64,000 bases of DNA from NCBI GenBank assembly GCA_964563135.1, contig CAZLWV010000002.1, positions 15,469-79,468 on the forward strand, given 5' to 3'. Position numbers and translations under genes: made by a program. The stretch comes from an uncultured Planctomycetaceae bacterium. GTDB taxonomy: Bacteria > Planctomycetota > Planctomycetia > Pirellulales > Thermoguttaceae. Below the pieces are notes generated by a model that saw only the letters and a list, made by a program, of their open reading frames with translations, was not told the origin of the DNA and did no database searches. Positions 37,585 to 46,707 of this stretch are shown here, piece after piece (the first letter of the stretch is position 1; each line of letters opens with the position of its first letter).

Positions 37585-39242
37585 GGAGCATTCTTTGCAG
37601 CAAGTCGGTTTTGCAGTTGCCGGAGCATCTGCTGGCAGTCAGCGCGGCCGGGAGCGAGTGTGGCGACTCGTTCCATGGCGGCTACCGCCGCGGAGAGGTC
37701 TCCGTTTCGTTCGGAGGCCGCGGCCAGGAGCAGCAGGTTTTCGGTCGTCGGCTCCAATCGGGCGGCGGAAGCGGCCAGTTCTGCGATCCGTTCGGGATTG
37801 CGGCCTGCCCGCAGGTAGAGCCTGGCCAGGGAGGCATGGCCGTCGGCACATTGGGGCTGCTTGTCGAGGACCGTCTGCAGGTCTTTTTCCGCATCCTCCC
37901 ACTTGCCCTGAAGGGTCTCAAGGCGGCCGACCTCGAGAAGGTAAGCCGGGTTGTCCGGCTCGATCTCTGCGAGCTGGCGGAGGAAAGAGACGGCATCACC
38001 GAGTCTTCCATCTTGCTGGCAGAACCAGGCAACGGCCTGCCGGCACTCCACGGCGTGGGGGTCGAGCAGGGCGGCACGCCGCCAGTGGCGTTCCGCCTGG
38101 ACCAGGTCGCCTCGCGAGTGGCAAAGACGTCCGGCGTTGGAATGCATGCCGGCCAGTTCGACCCGCATCTCTTCCACGTCGTCGTAATGACTTCGCTGGT
38201 CCACACGGATGGCACGTTCGCCGGCCCGCAATTCCTCGAACTGCTTCATATGCCGGGCGGCTGCCTCGGAATCGCCCAGCCGCTTACAGGCGGTTGCCAG
38301 ACCGAAATGGGCGTTGGCGTGCATGGGGTGACGGGCGATGACGGCCTGGTAGTTGCGCCTTGCCTCGGCATAATTCCTTGCCTGGAGGTGAGCCATCCCC
38401 AGCAGAAACAGTGCTTCGATGGGGGCCGGAGAGGCTTGGGCATCTCGTTTCAACAGCTCGATCGCTTCATCGAGCCGTCCCTGATCGACGAGCACGGTTG
38501 CCAGCCGGATCCGCGTTCCTAGCCCGCTGGGAGCGTCGCCGAAGACCTCCAATGCCTTCCGGTATCTGGAAATCGCCTCCTCAGGACTGCCGCGTTTGGA
38601 TGCCAGTATGCCCAGGCCGTCGTGGGCGTAAGCGTAGTTGGGGTCGAGGGCGAGACATTGCTCCCAGAGCTTGCCAGCCGCCTCGGCATCGCCGAGCCAG
38701 AGGTACATTCTGGCGGTAATCTCCATCGCGTCCGGCTGGTCGGGAAACCTGGCGGCCAGTTCCTCTGCGGCCTTGCGGGTCTCTGAGACCACGTCCGAGG
38801 CGGTGGCCGGAATGGGATCAGGCGAGGGGCTGTTTGAGCCGCTGGAGGAAGCTGTGACGGTCTGGTCCTTGTTGTGGCCGACGTCTTGCTGTCCGTCCGC
38901 TGAACCTGGCGGGAAGAGGGCTTCCAGCGGAATAACCGGCTGGTGCGTAGGCGGTGACGGAGACGCGAGCGCCTGGTCGGCCAGACGGGAGACATGCGAA
39001 TCCTGGGCGGGCGGACGGTTGCAGCCGATGGGGACGGCAACCGACAGGCAGATGGCCAGAAGGAGAAAACCGCGTCCCGCCGGTCGATGAGCCGATACGG
39101 GGGGAATTGCCAGCACCTCGTCAGGGCACTCCGCAGCCGCAAATGTGGCGGAACGGGCGTGCTTGGTATGCATGCGGGATGGGTAGATGGAAAAGGGCAG
39201 CCGGAAGAAAAAACCCTCGTCGGCGAGACGAGTCAAACTCAT
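37581..39242 (-). CDS. TPR-repeat lipoprotein-like protein
   Basis: Hydrophobic segment FLLLAICLSVAVPIGC, then about 10 TPR-like repeats (e.g. AEAAGKLWEQCLALDPNYAYAHDGLG). The start is ATG 39242 or ATG 39173. Confidence 0.8.
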   Translation of the reverse strand: MSLTRLADEGFFFRLPFSIYPSRMHTKHARSATFAAAECPDEVLAIPPVSAHRPAGRGFLLLAICLSVAVPIGCNRPPAQDSHVSRLADQALASPSPPTHQPVIPLEALFPPGSADGQQDVGHNKDQTVTASSSGSNSPSPDPIPATASDVVSETRKAAEELAARFPDQPDAMEITARMYLWLGDAEAAGKLWEQCLALDPNYAYAHDGLGILASKRGSPEEAISRYRKALEVFGDAPSGLGTRIRLATVLVDQGRLDEAIELLKRDAQASPAPIEALFLLGMAHLQARNYAEARRNYQAVIARHPMHANAHFGLATACKRLGDSEAAARHMKQFEELRAGERAIRVDQRSHYDDVEEMRVELAGMHSNAGRLCHSRGDLVQAERHWRRAALLDPHAVECRQAVAWFCQQDGRLGDAVSFLRQLAEIEPDNPAYLLEVGRLETLQGKWEDAEKDLQTVLDKQPQCADGHASLARLYLRAGRNPERIAELAASAARLEPTTENLLLLAAASERNGDLSAAVAAMERVATLAPGRADCQQMLRQLQNRLAAKNAP

Positions 39243-39345
39243 CTCGCCGAAACGAGGGGTACACGGTCTTCGATGCTCCGCAGTTCTGCAGATGCCGAAA
39301 TGGGAGCTGCTGTGATCTTGAAAGGGCGTGCAGCCCCGTGAACGT

Positions 39346-40458
39346 CTACTGGTGAACGTTCACAGCCTCGCCGCCCTTCATGCTGCCCATGGCACCCCAG
39401 ACGCCGTAGGGGCTGGGTTTCGTGCCCAGAGCACGAGCTTCCGCCGAGGCCAAGTTGCCGGTGTCGATCGTTTCACTGACGAAACGGACCGATCCGTCGC
39501 ACATACCCGCGTTGACGCCGCCGGGATGGTAGCTCTGCGGGGGATACAGGCCCCAGGTCCACTCACCCTTGGACTGGGAAATGAGTACGCCGTTGGGCGG
39601 GAGCACCGTGTTGAAGCCGGTGCACATCGGGTAACCCGATGCCCAGCTTTCGCCAATTCGCTGATGGCTGTCGGCCGGAGTGCACAAGAGCGTGCCGTTG
39701 GGGCCCTGGAAAGCCATGGCCTGCCCCGGGTTGGTCGCCAGGCTGTCGCCACCATTCATGCAGTAGCTGCCGTAGATGTTGTTTCTGGTGGTATACACCA
39801 CGCGCTCGCTGATACCGATCGTGTTGCTGGTTCCGTCGACGAGCTCAGCCAACGGCACGCAGCGGCCGGTCGTGTAGGGACCGCGGATGTTACTGCCGGG
39901 GCTCACGACGCTGTTGATGAGGTCGCCTCGGCTGTAAACGTAGTTGACGGTCCCGATCGAGCCGTTGTTGGGATGGTTGTTTTTGGCACTTCCGTCCGAA
40001 GGGCACATCACAGCGCTAAGCTTGATTTGGTACGGAGGATAGGATCCCCAGTTGACCCACGGACCACCGGGAGGATACGTGACTCCATCGGGAGCAGTGA
40101 TCGAACTCCACATCTGGTCCCACAAGGGTCCCTGCTCGATGAAAGGCAGGCTATGGTAGATGGGGCTGGCCGCATTGCAGGTGCCGGTGTTCGAGTTCCA
40201 GGCACAGCCCGGCGGGTTGGTGCCCATCGCCCCGGGCGGGAGGGCCTTGTGGGTGTCTTCGTACGTGAGTGCCGCCAACGACAACTGCTTGATGTTGTTG
40301 GTGCACTGCGACCGCCTGGCTGCTTCGCGGGCCGCCTGAACGGCGGGCAGCAACAGTGCGATCAGGATACCAATGATGGCAATTACCACCAATAGTTCCA
40401 CCAGGGTGAAACCGCGCGATGAACCGCGCTTCCGAGAAGGTAGTATCATAAGACTCAT
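39346..40458 (-). CDS. DUF1559 domain protein with a prepilin-type N-terminal methylation motif (second copy)
   Basis: RGFTLVELLVVIAIIGILIALLLPAVQAAREAARRSQCTNNIKQL, and C-terminal HPGGVNAGMCDGSVRFVSETID. The start is ATG 40458 or 40449 (the track ORF starts at 40530). Confidence 0.9.
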   Translation of the reverse strand: MSLMILPSRKRGSSRGFTLVELLVVIAIIGILIALLLPAVQAAREAARRSQCTNNIKQLSLAALTYEDTHKALPPGAMGTNPPGCAWNSNTGTCNAASPIYHSLPFIEQGPLWDQMWSSITAPDGVTYPPGGPWVNWGSYPPYQIKLSAVMCPSDGSAKNNHPNNGSIGTVNYVYSRGDLINSVVSPGSNIRGPYTTGRCVPLAELVDGTSNTIGISERVVYTTRNNIYGSYCMNGGDSLATNPGQAMAFQGPNGTLLCTPADSHQRIGESWASGYPMCTGFNTVLPPNGVLISQSKGEWTWGLYPPQSYHPGGVNAGMCDGSVRFVSETIDTGNLASAEARALGTKPSPYGVWGAMGSMKGGEAVNVHQ

Positions 40459-40662
40459 CCCCCAGAAAAAAGAACAACTCTTTATGCCCAAACAGGGGCG
40501 AAAAACACAGACATGGAAGAGAAACAACACACAGCCAGTTTTCGGTGTCGGTTGGGCAAATCAGACAAGCAGCCCTCTCGACACTGGCATTTATAGCACT
40601 CCGATCTGGTCAATACAACAGGCAGATACGGGGGTTCCTAGTCACCCAAAGGAGTGGTTTTC

Positions 40663-41157
40663 TTATTTGGAGGTCAGTTCGAAATTGAACTCGGTCTGGC
40701 CTCCCTTGGCCACGTCGGCCTTGAAGCCGGAAGTCGCCGAGTCCTTATACTTCTCGGGCAGGAGTTCCTTGAAGGTCGCTTCGGCCGGTCCGCCCGCCCC
40801 TTGGGCGTCCATGACGGCTTTTGTGGCCTCTTCGTCGGTCATTCCGGGCTTAATGACGTCGCTCGCAGCCCCCCCTTCGGTTTTGGAAATCTTGACCAGA
40901 TAGCTTCCCGCGAGGGCGCCGTCCTCGGGGTTGCGGGTGGTGAGTTTGTAGACCCCGTTGCTATCGGTCTTTCCGCTTGCAGCCATCCCGCCCGTCGCAG
41001 CCGGTTCGAAGGTGACCATGGCCCCCTCCACGGCAGTTCCGTCCAGCGTGACCTTTCCAGAGATCGGCACGGTATCCAGCTTTTCTTTGGGTTGAGCACA
41101 TCCCAGCACGACCAGCAGCATCAATCCGAATCCAACAGTCCCTCTTTGTCGCAGCAT
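40663..41157 (-). CDS. Small lipoprotein with a carboxypeptidase-regulatory-like beta-sandwich (second copy)
   Basis: Signal peptide plus lipobox GLMLLVVLGC. ISGKVTLDGTAVEGAMVTF. C-terminal EKYKDSATSGFKADVAKGGQTEFNFEL parallels the 34150-34569 product. Confidence 0.7.
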   Translation of the reverse strand: MLRQRGTVGFGLMLLVVLGCAQPKEKLDTVPISGKVTLDGTAVEGAMVTFEPAATGGMAASGKTDSNGVYKLTTRNPEDGALAGSYLVKISKTEGGAASDVIKPGMTDEEATKAVMDAQGAGGPAEATFKELLPEKYKDSATSGFKADVAKGGQTEFNFELTSK

Positions 41158-41257
41158 GTTCGACCCCCGTTCTTCCAGGAAGAGAAAAATGGGCAGGGCC
41201 CTTACGAGCTGTGCCCGCCAAAAGATGCAGTCAAACGCTCCAGCGTTTACGGCTCAC

Positions 41258-41287
41258 AAAATAGACGCGCCAGGCACGCCGTGTCAA
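41258..41287 (-). promoter_or_regulatory. Candidate sigma-70-type promoter for the lipoprotein / DUF1559 / TPR / CRTAC1 unit
   Basis: On the minus strand: TTGACA (41287-41282), 18-nt spacer, TATTTT (41263-41258). About 100 nt upstream of the ATG at 41157. Confidence 0.35.
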
Positions 41288-41364
41288 TCCCCCCCGGGAC
41301 TCGCGTTTGGCTATTCCGGCCGGGCGGCGCGGTCTCTGGGGGCCGGTCCGTTCCGCACGACTTG

Positions 41365-43407
41365 TCAGGGGGCGGGCTGCTGGCCAGGCTCAATCGGAAC
41401 GGCCGGCCTGGCAGCGCGGATCGACCGATCGTGATTTGTCCAGGACCTGTCGGGCTGCCGGCGCAGCGACAGGCAGAAGTGGACCAGGTCCACCATTTCC
41501 GTGGCGGTCAGACCGGTACAGGCCGGATGCGGCGTGCCCGGCATGCCCAGCAGAATCCGCAGATAGACGGCCTGCGGATCCTCTCCACCTTTGAGCGGTT
41601 CGCAGGCCAGGTCCCGGGAGCTGGTCAGTCGTCCCTCGTCGTCCACCAGCAGCGTGTTGCCCGGGCCGCGCCCATCCTGGCCGTGGCAGTGAATGCATCC
41701 CATCCGGTCGTAGACTTGTCGGCCGCGAGTGGCACTGTCAGGGCCAGGCGGCCCGATGGCCGGGATCTCGGCCGGCTCCCCCTCGCTGGTCAGTGACTGG
41801 AGGGTCTCGAGGATTTCCTGCTCCTGAAGCGGCTGATCGTCGCCGCCCATGGCGGCAACGATCTGTTCGCGAAGCCCCTCGTGGTAGAAGCGGATTACTT
41901 CCCGGGCAAGCCCGGCAATTGCGTCTGTGCCCAGGTTCTCGAAGGGGGGCATAGAACTGCCCGGCATACCGCGAGAGATCGTCAGTTCCAGATCCTGGAG
42001 GGAGGGAACGCCGTTGAGTGTGCGGATGAGACGAAAGCTCCCCGAGCGAAGACTCTTCGGCCGCGGATACAGATGGCGTGCAGCCCGCCCGTTGCCGTCG
42101 CCGTTTTCGCCATGGCATGCCGAGCAATGGCGGGCATAGAGCGCCGCGTCGGATTCGGGTTTCTGCTCGAGCGGGTTCTGTGCGGAACTTGCCAGGGGTT
42201 TGGACAAGAGGTCTGCCAGGCGGCCGGCAGCACGGGGATCGGTGGGATTGACCTCGAGGCGTGCCCGGAGGTCATTGGTCTGCTGGATGCGGTCGTAGAC
42301 GGCATTGAGCTGGGCGAAGACCTTCCCTGCACTGTAGGCATTCCCCTCGAGGGAGTCGGCCGTGGCGTACGACGTGACGTCTGCCAGCAGCGTTTCGGCG
42401 CCACGGACGTTCCCTTCGACGGCCATGGTCGGCACGGAGTCGAGTGCCGAGCGGCAGGCGTCGCGAGTGCTGAGCCGGGCGCTGCGAAATCTGGCCCGCG
42501 CCCCCTCGTAGTCTCCGGTCTCCAGGGCGATTTCTCCCAATTCCCAGACCGCGTCGGGCGAGAGGTCGTCTCGCGACGCAAGCGTCGCCGTAACCTTTTT
42601 CGCGTCACCCGCCCTTCCGAGTCTTCGCAGAAGGCGGGCGAGGCTCAGGATCGTGGTTTCGTCGGCCGGGGATCGCCGAGCCAGTTCGACGCGGTGGGCC
42701 AGCGCTCTATGGAGATCTCCCTGTTCCTCCAACAACTGTGCCAGTGCGGTGCGGGCCCGCTCATTGGCGGGCTGGCGTGCGAGGGCTGTTTCAAGGCAAT
42801 TGCGGGCCAGTGTCGGGTTGCCTGCCGATGCCCAGAAGACGCCCTGCATGAACGCCACGGTCGGGTCCTCCGGGGCGTCTTTCTCCCACGCCTCGAGGAA
42901 TCGCTGTGCTCGCTGGCCGTCGCCGCGCAAAAGGCAGCCGAAAATGAATGCGCCATACGCGTCGTTGGCAGATGTCCCAGCCTCGACCATGGCGACCAGT
43001 TGGGCCTCGGCGTCCGGGGGGATGTTCCCCGCTTGAAGGTCCGCCAGCTTCGACTCCCTTTCAATCAGCGTCGGAGGGGCATCCTTCTGCCTTGCCGATC
43101 GGATTGCGTCATCAAAACGGTCCTGTTGCCGCCGCTGCCGGTAGCACGACGCACGAACAAGGTCGGCTCGTCCGTCGCCAGGTGCGAAGCGGGCCGACCA
43201 TGCCAGCCGGTCGAGTGCGGCCGTCAACTCGCCCCGGTCGAGCAAGCGGATCGCTGCTCGACGGGCCCACCAAGCCTGAAGATCGCGCACGGCGAACAGG
43301 GCGGCTGCCAGCACCAGAATCAGGGTGCCGAGAACAAGCATTCTCGCCCACCACCGCTTGGGAGAATGCGTTTGGGAGGCATCGTTGTGGAAGGACTCGA
43401 ACGACAT
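41365..43407 (-). CDS. Membrane-anchored TPR protein fused to a C-terminal diheme cytochrome c domain
   Basis: N-terminal TM segment (MLVLGTLILVLAAALFAV), about 350 aa of TPR-like helices, then two heme c motifs, CSACHGENGDG and CIHCHGQDGRG, each followed by a GMPG-type Met region (FixP/CcoP-like layout). Confidence 0.8.
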   Translation of the reverse strand: MSFESFHNDASQTHSPKRWWARMLVLGTLILVLAAALFAVRDLQAWWARRAAIRLLDRGELTAALDRLAWSARFAPGDGRADLVRASCYRQRRQQDRFDDAIRSARQKDAPPTLIERESKLADLQAGNIPPDAEAQLVAMVEAGTSANDAYGAFIFGCLLRGDGQRAQRFLEAWEKDAPEDPTVAFMQGVFWASAGNPTLARNCLETALARQPANERARTALAQLLEEQGDLHRALAHRVELARRSPADETTILSLARLLRRLGRAGDAKKVTATLASRDDLSPDAVWELGEIALETGDYEGARARFRSARLSTRDACRSALDSVPTMAVEGNVRGAETLLADVTSYATADSLEGNAYSAGKVFAQLNAVYDRIQQTNDLRARLEVNPTDPRAAGRLADLLSKPLASSAQNPLEQKPESDAALYARHCSACHGENGDGNGRAARHLYPRPKSLRSGSFRLIRTLNGVPSLQDLELTISRGMPGSSMPPFENLGTDAIAGLAREVIRFYHEGLREQIVAAMGGDDQPLQEQEILETLQSLTSEGEPAEIPAIGPPGPDSATRGRQVYDRMGCIHCHGQDGRGPGNTLLVDDEGRLTSSRDLACEPLKGGEDPQAVYLRILLGMPGTPHPACTGLTATEMVDLVHFCLSLRRQPDRSWTNHDRSIRAARPAVPIEPGQQPAP

Positions 43408-43708
43408 TCACTTGCTCAACGGGTGAGTCATCGACGGGCCTGGCCGTATGGTGTCATTCTAAGACGCCGCTGCAGTAGGAGCGAGTACCCGGCGGCGACC
43501 GGGGGCGGAGCAGCGGCAGCGTTGATTGCCGGCCGGTGTGACAATTGCTCGCGGTTCTGCCGTTCTGCCGCCCGGCCTTCCGCCATCGACACGCCTCTGG
43601 AAATCCCGTACCATGAAGCGGTTCAGGGGAGAAACGCGGTGCATGGGTTGTTTTCTGCGGCTGGAGGGAACCGCGGCTCCCTCCCTTGATCTTCAGGTAC
43701 TCCGTGGC

Positions 43709-45325
43709 ATGTTTTCAAGGCAAGCACAGCAGTGTGCTCCGTTCCGCAGGGCACTGATTTTCGGCACCGGAGCGGCTTTGCTCGCGGCAGGCCTGGCGGT
43801 ATGGATCTTCGTGAGGGGCGGGGCTCATCCGGCCGCTCTGCCACCTGTTTCGACCGTATCCGGCGAGCGGTCTCTCACGGCGGAAACCGAGGCGGCGATC
43901 GCCGCGTTCTGTGGGGATTGCCACGCACTGCCACGACCGGAGAGCTTTCCTCGCAGTCGATGGCATGACGAAGTCCGGTTGGGCTACGAGGCCTACGGAC
44001 GATCGGGGCGCAGCGATCTGTCGCCGCCTCCCGTCGAAGACGTTGTGGCTTACTATCGTTCGCGGGCTCCCGAAGAACTCGAGTTTCCCGCACCGGAAGC
44101 GGTCGACGCGCAGCTCCGATCGAGCTTCCGTCTCGAGCAACTGGATTGGGGGCAGGCCAACTACGTTCTGCCGGCGATTTCCTTTCTGCGCTGGGGTTCG
44201 TTCGGCCTGGGGCCAGGACCGTGTCTGCTCTGCTGCGACATGCGCGATGGCAGCGTCAGTTCGCTCGAGTTGCAGGGAGCATCGCGGCGCCGGGAGGTGC
44301 TGGCCGAATTTGACCACCCGTGCCATCTCGAGCCATGCGATCTTGACGGCGACGGAGTGACCGAACTGGTCGTCGCGGAGCTTGGCAGCTTCTATCCGTC
44401 GGACCACGATCGTGGCCGTGTCATCTGGCTGCGGCGCGACGTGGCAACAGGTCCGTTCACGCCAGTCACGCTGGCGTCCGGTCTGGGACGTGTGGCCGAT
44501 GTCCGTTCGATCGACGCCGACGGTGACGGCGACCAGGACCTGATCGTGGCCGAGTTCGGCCATTTCCGGACCGGCAATATCACCCTGCTTCGAAATGCTG
44601 CCGATCAGGGAGAACCTCCGGCGTTTGTTGCGGAAGAAATCGACCCGCGGCCAGGCACGATCCATGTTCCCATTCATGATTTTGACGCGGACGGTCGGCC
44701 GGACTTCGTGGCCCTCGTGAGTCAGGAATACGAGGCGATCGACATCTTTCTCAACCAGGGCAACGGCCGGTTTCAGCTTCGGAACCTTTGGGCAGGGCCG
44801 GACCTCACTTTCGGCTCGTCCGGGATCGAGCTGGCGGATCTCGATGAGGACGGCGATATGGATATCGTCTACACCAATGGAGACGCTTTTGACAATTCCT
44901 CGGCAAACCCGGCGCACGGGCTCCAGTGGCTCGAAAACGCCGGGAACCTCAGGTTCAGCTACCATCGTCTGGTTGATCTTCCCGGTGCTTATCGGGCTCT
45001 GCCCGCAGATTTCGACGGTGACGGCGACCTTGACATCATCGCGGTCGCCTTTCTCCCCCCGCGGGTCACACCTGAAAGCCTCCGCGGGCCCGCTGTGACG
45101 TCTGTACTCGTCGTGGAGCAGACGGTGCGTGGAGAGTTTGTTCGTCATACTCTGGAGACTGGGCTCGCCAACCATGCCACACTTGAGACCGGCGATTTTG
45201 ACGCCGACGGCGATGTTGATTTCGTTGTCGGCACCCATCTGTTTCCGCATGGGGTGACCCCCGGAAAACCCACGCCGCCGCGGCTCACGATCTGGTGGAA
45301 TCAGCGAAGTTCTCCGGGGCGTTGA
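43709..45325 (+). CDS. FG-GAP/VCBS beta-propeller protein with an N-terminal CxxCH heme motif
   Basis: The ATG at 43709 gives a TM/signal segment ALIFGTGAALLAAGLAVWIF. Heme motif FCGDCHALP. Six to seven DxDGDGxxD repeats (DLDGDGVTELVVAE, DADGDGDQDLIVAEFG, ...). Confidence 0.8.
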   Translation: MFSRQAQQCAPFRRALIFGTGAALLAAGLAVWIFVRGGAHPAALPPVSTVSGERSLTAETEAAIAAFCGDCHALPRPESFPRSRWHDEVRLGYEAYGRSGRSDLSPPPVEDVVAYYRSRAPEELEFPAPEAVDAQLRSSFRLEQLDWGQANYVLPAISFLRWGSFGLGPGPCLLCCDMRDGSVSSLELQGASRRREVLAEFDHPCHLEPCDLDGDGVTELVVAELGSFYPSDHDRGRVIWLRRDVATGPFTPVTLASGLGRVADVRSIDADGDGDQDLIVAEFGHFRTGNITLLRNAADQGEPPAFVAEEIDPRPGTIHVPIHDFDADGRPDFVALVSQEYEAIDIFLNQGNGRFQLRNLWAGPDLTFGSSGIELADLDEDGDMDIVYTNGDAFDNSSANPAHGLQWLENAGNLRFSYHRLVDLPGAYRALPADFDGDGDLDIIAVAFLPPRVTPESLRGPAVTSVLVVEQTVRGEFVRHTLETGLANHATLETGDFDADGDVDFVVGTHLFPHGVTPGKPTPPRLTIWWNQRSSPGR

Positions 45326-45368
45326 TCGGGCTCGGAAAATCCGACGGTTGGATGGTTGATCGCAGTCT

Positions 45369-46463
45369 GTGACACACCCGAGCAGTCGACATGCCGCAGC
45401 GATGCTATCTGAACAGGAACTAGCCCCGATTCTGGCCAGATACCCCGCGATCGGGCCTGTGAAGGAATCTCGCCCTCTCGGTGGCGCCGGCGGGTTCAGC
45501 GGTGCGAGGTTCTGGCAACTGGAGACGTCCCTGGGGCTTTTCTGCCTGCGGCGCTGGCCCGTCGAGTATCCCCAGGCCGACGATCTGGAGTTTATCCACC
45601 GGGTGTTGCAGCATGTTGCCCGAGGCGGTTTCACACTCGCGGCGGTTCCCGTCGAGAACTCTGCCGGTGGCACCTGCATCGCCCATGCGGATTATCTGTG
45701 GGAAGTTGCGCCCTGGATGCCTGGTGTGGCGGATCTTGCCCAGCGGCCGACCGAAGCAAGGCTTGCGGCGGCGATGCAGTGTGTGGCCCGGTTTCACCGA
45801 GCTGCGGAGAATTTTCGCTGGGTCAAGGCGGTACCGGCCAGGCCTGCCTGTCCGTCGGAAGGGTCTTCTCCCGCCATTGCCAAACGCAGAAGTGTCCTTC
45901 GAGTCTGGATGTTTGGCCGGACTCGGCAACTGGAGACCGCGGCAAGGCGAGGGGCCGTCTGGCCCGAGATGCAGCAGCAAGCGGAGAGGCTTCTGCGATT
46001 GGTCCCGAAGTGGGCGCCGTCCGTTGCGGAGAGTCTTGCCTGTTTTGACAGATGCCCGGTGCCGCTTCAGCCCTGCATCCGGGATGTCTGGCACGACCAC
46101 CTGTTGTTCCAGGGAGACGAAGTGTCCGGACTGATCGATTTCGGCTCGATGGGAGTGGACAACGTCGCCTGTGATGTGGCACGGCTCCTGGGAAGCCTTG
46201 CCGCGGGGCGCTCGGATCGGTGGCGGAGCGGACTGGACGCGTACCAGCGTCTGCGTGGACTTTCGGAAGTGGAGACAGGGCTGGTCTATGCCCTTGATCG
46301 AAGCGGCGTATTTCTGGGGGCCCTCAACTGGGCGGCGTGGACCCTGCTGGAAGGTAGGGTCTTCGAGGAACCCCGGGCCGTCCTGCAGCGTATGAATGCC
46401 TTGCTCGAGCGGCTCGAAACCGAGACTCCGGCGACGCCGGCCGAAGGAACGCTTTTGCTGTAA
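45369..46463 (+). CDS. Aminoglycoside/choline-kinase-fold phosphotransferase family protein
   Basis: GGAGGFSGARFW nucleotide-loop region, catalytic VWHDHLLF and IDFGSMGVD (DFG-like). The start is GTG 45369 or ATG 45402. Confidence 0.7.
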   Translation: MTHPSSRHAAAMLSEQELAPILARYPAIGPVKESRPLGGAGGFSGARFWQLETSLGLFCLRRWPVEYPQADDLEFIHRVLQHVARGGFTLAAVPVENSAGGTCIAHADYLWEVAPWMPGVADLAQRPTEARLAAAMQCVARFHRAAENFRWVKAVPARPACPSEGSSPAIAKRRSVLRVWMFGRTRQLETAARRGAVWPEMQQQAERLLRLVPKWAPSVAESLACFDRCPVPLQPCIRDVWHDHLLFQGDEVSGLIDFGSMGVDNVACDVARLLGSLAAGRSDRWRSGLDAYQRLRGLSEVETGLVYALDRSGVFLGALNWAAWTLLEGRVFEEPRAVLQRMNALLERLETETPATPAEGTLLL

Positions 46464-46707
46464 CCCCCGGTTGAGTGGGCGCATCCAACCAGCAACGGAC
46501 CTGTTCTTGCAGGTCCAAGCTGGTACGAATAGGACAATTCCGGCAATAATTGGGGATCCTTCGGGAAACAACCGCTGCTGCCCGATGGTGGCCATTCCGA
46601 TCTGCCAAGAAGTCTTGCAGAGAAGGCCAGCCGGTTGCGACTCGAAACCGTCCCAGGCGATCGATTCCATTCCCAGTAACCCGTTCCAGGGAGGGGACGA
46701 AGTGACC

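Noticed and set aside
43526-43708. Upstream extension of the FG-GAP heme protein (track start at 43526; alternative ATG at 43613).
   Set aside because: The extension is Arg/Pro/Gly-rich and precedes the obvious membrane anchor. The ATG at 43709 gives a normal n-region plus hydrophobic segment. The start remains unproven.
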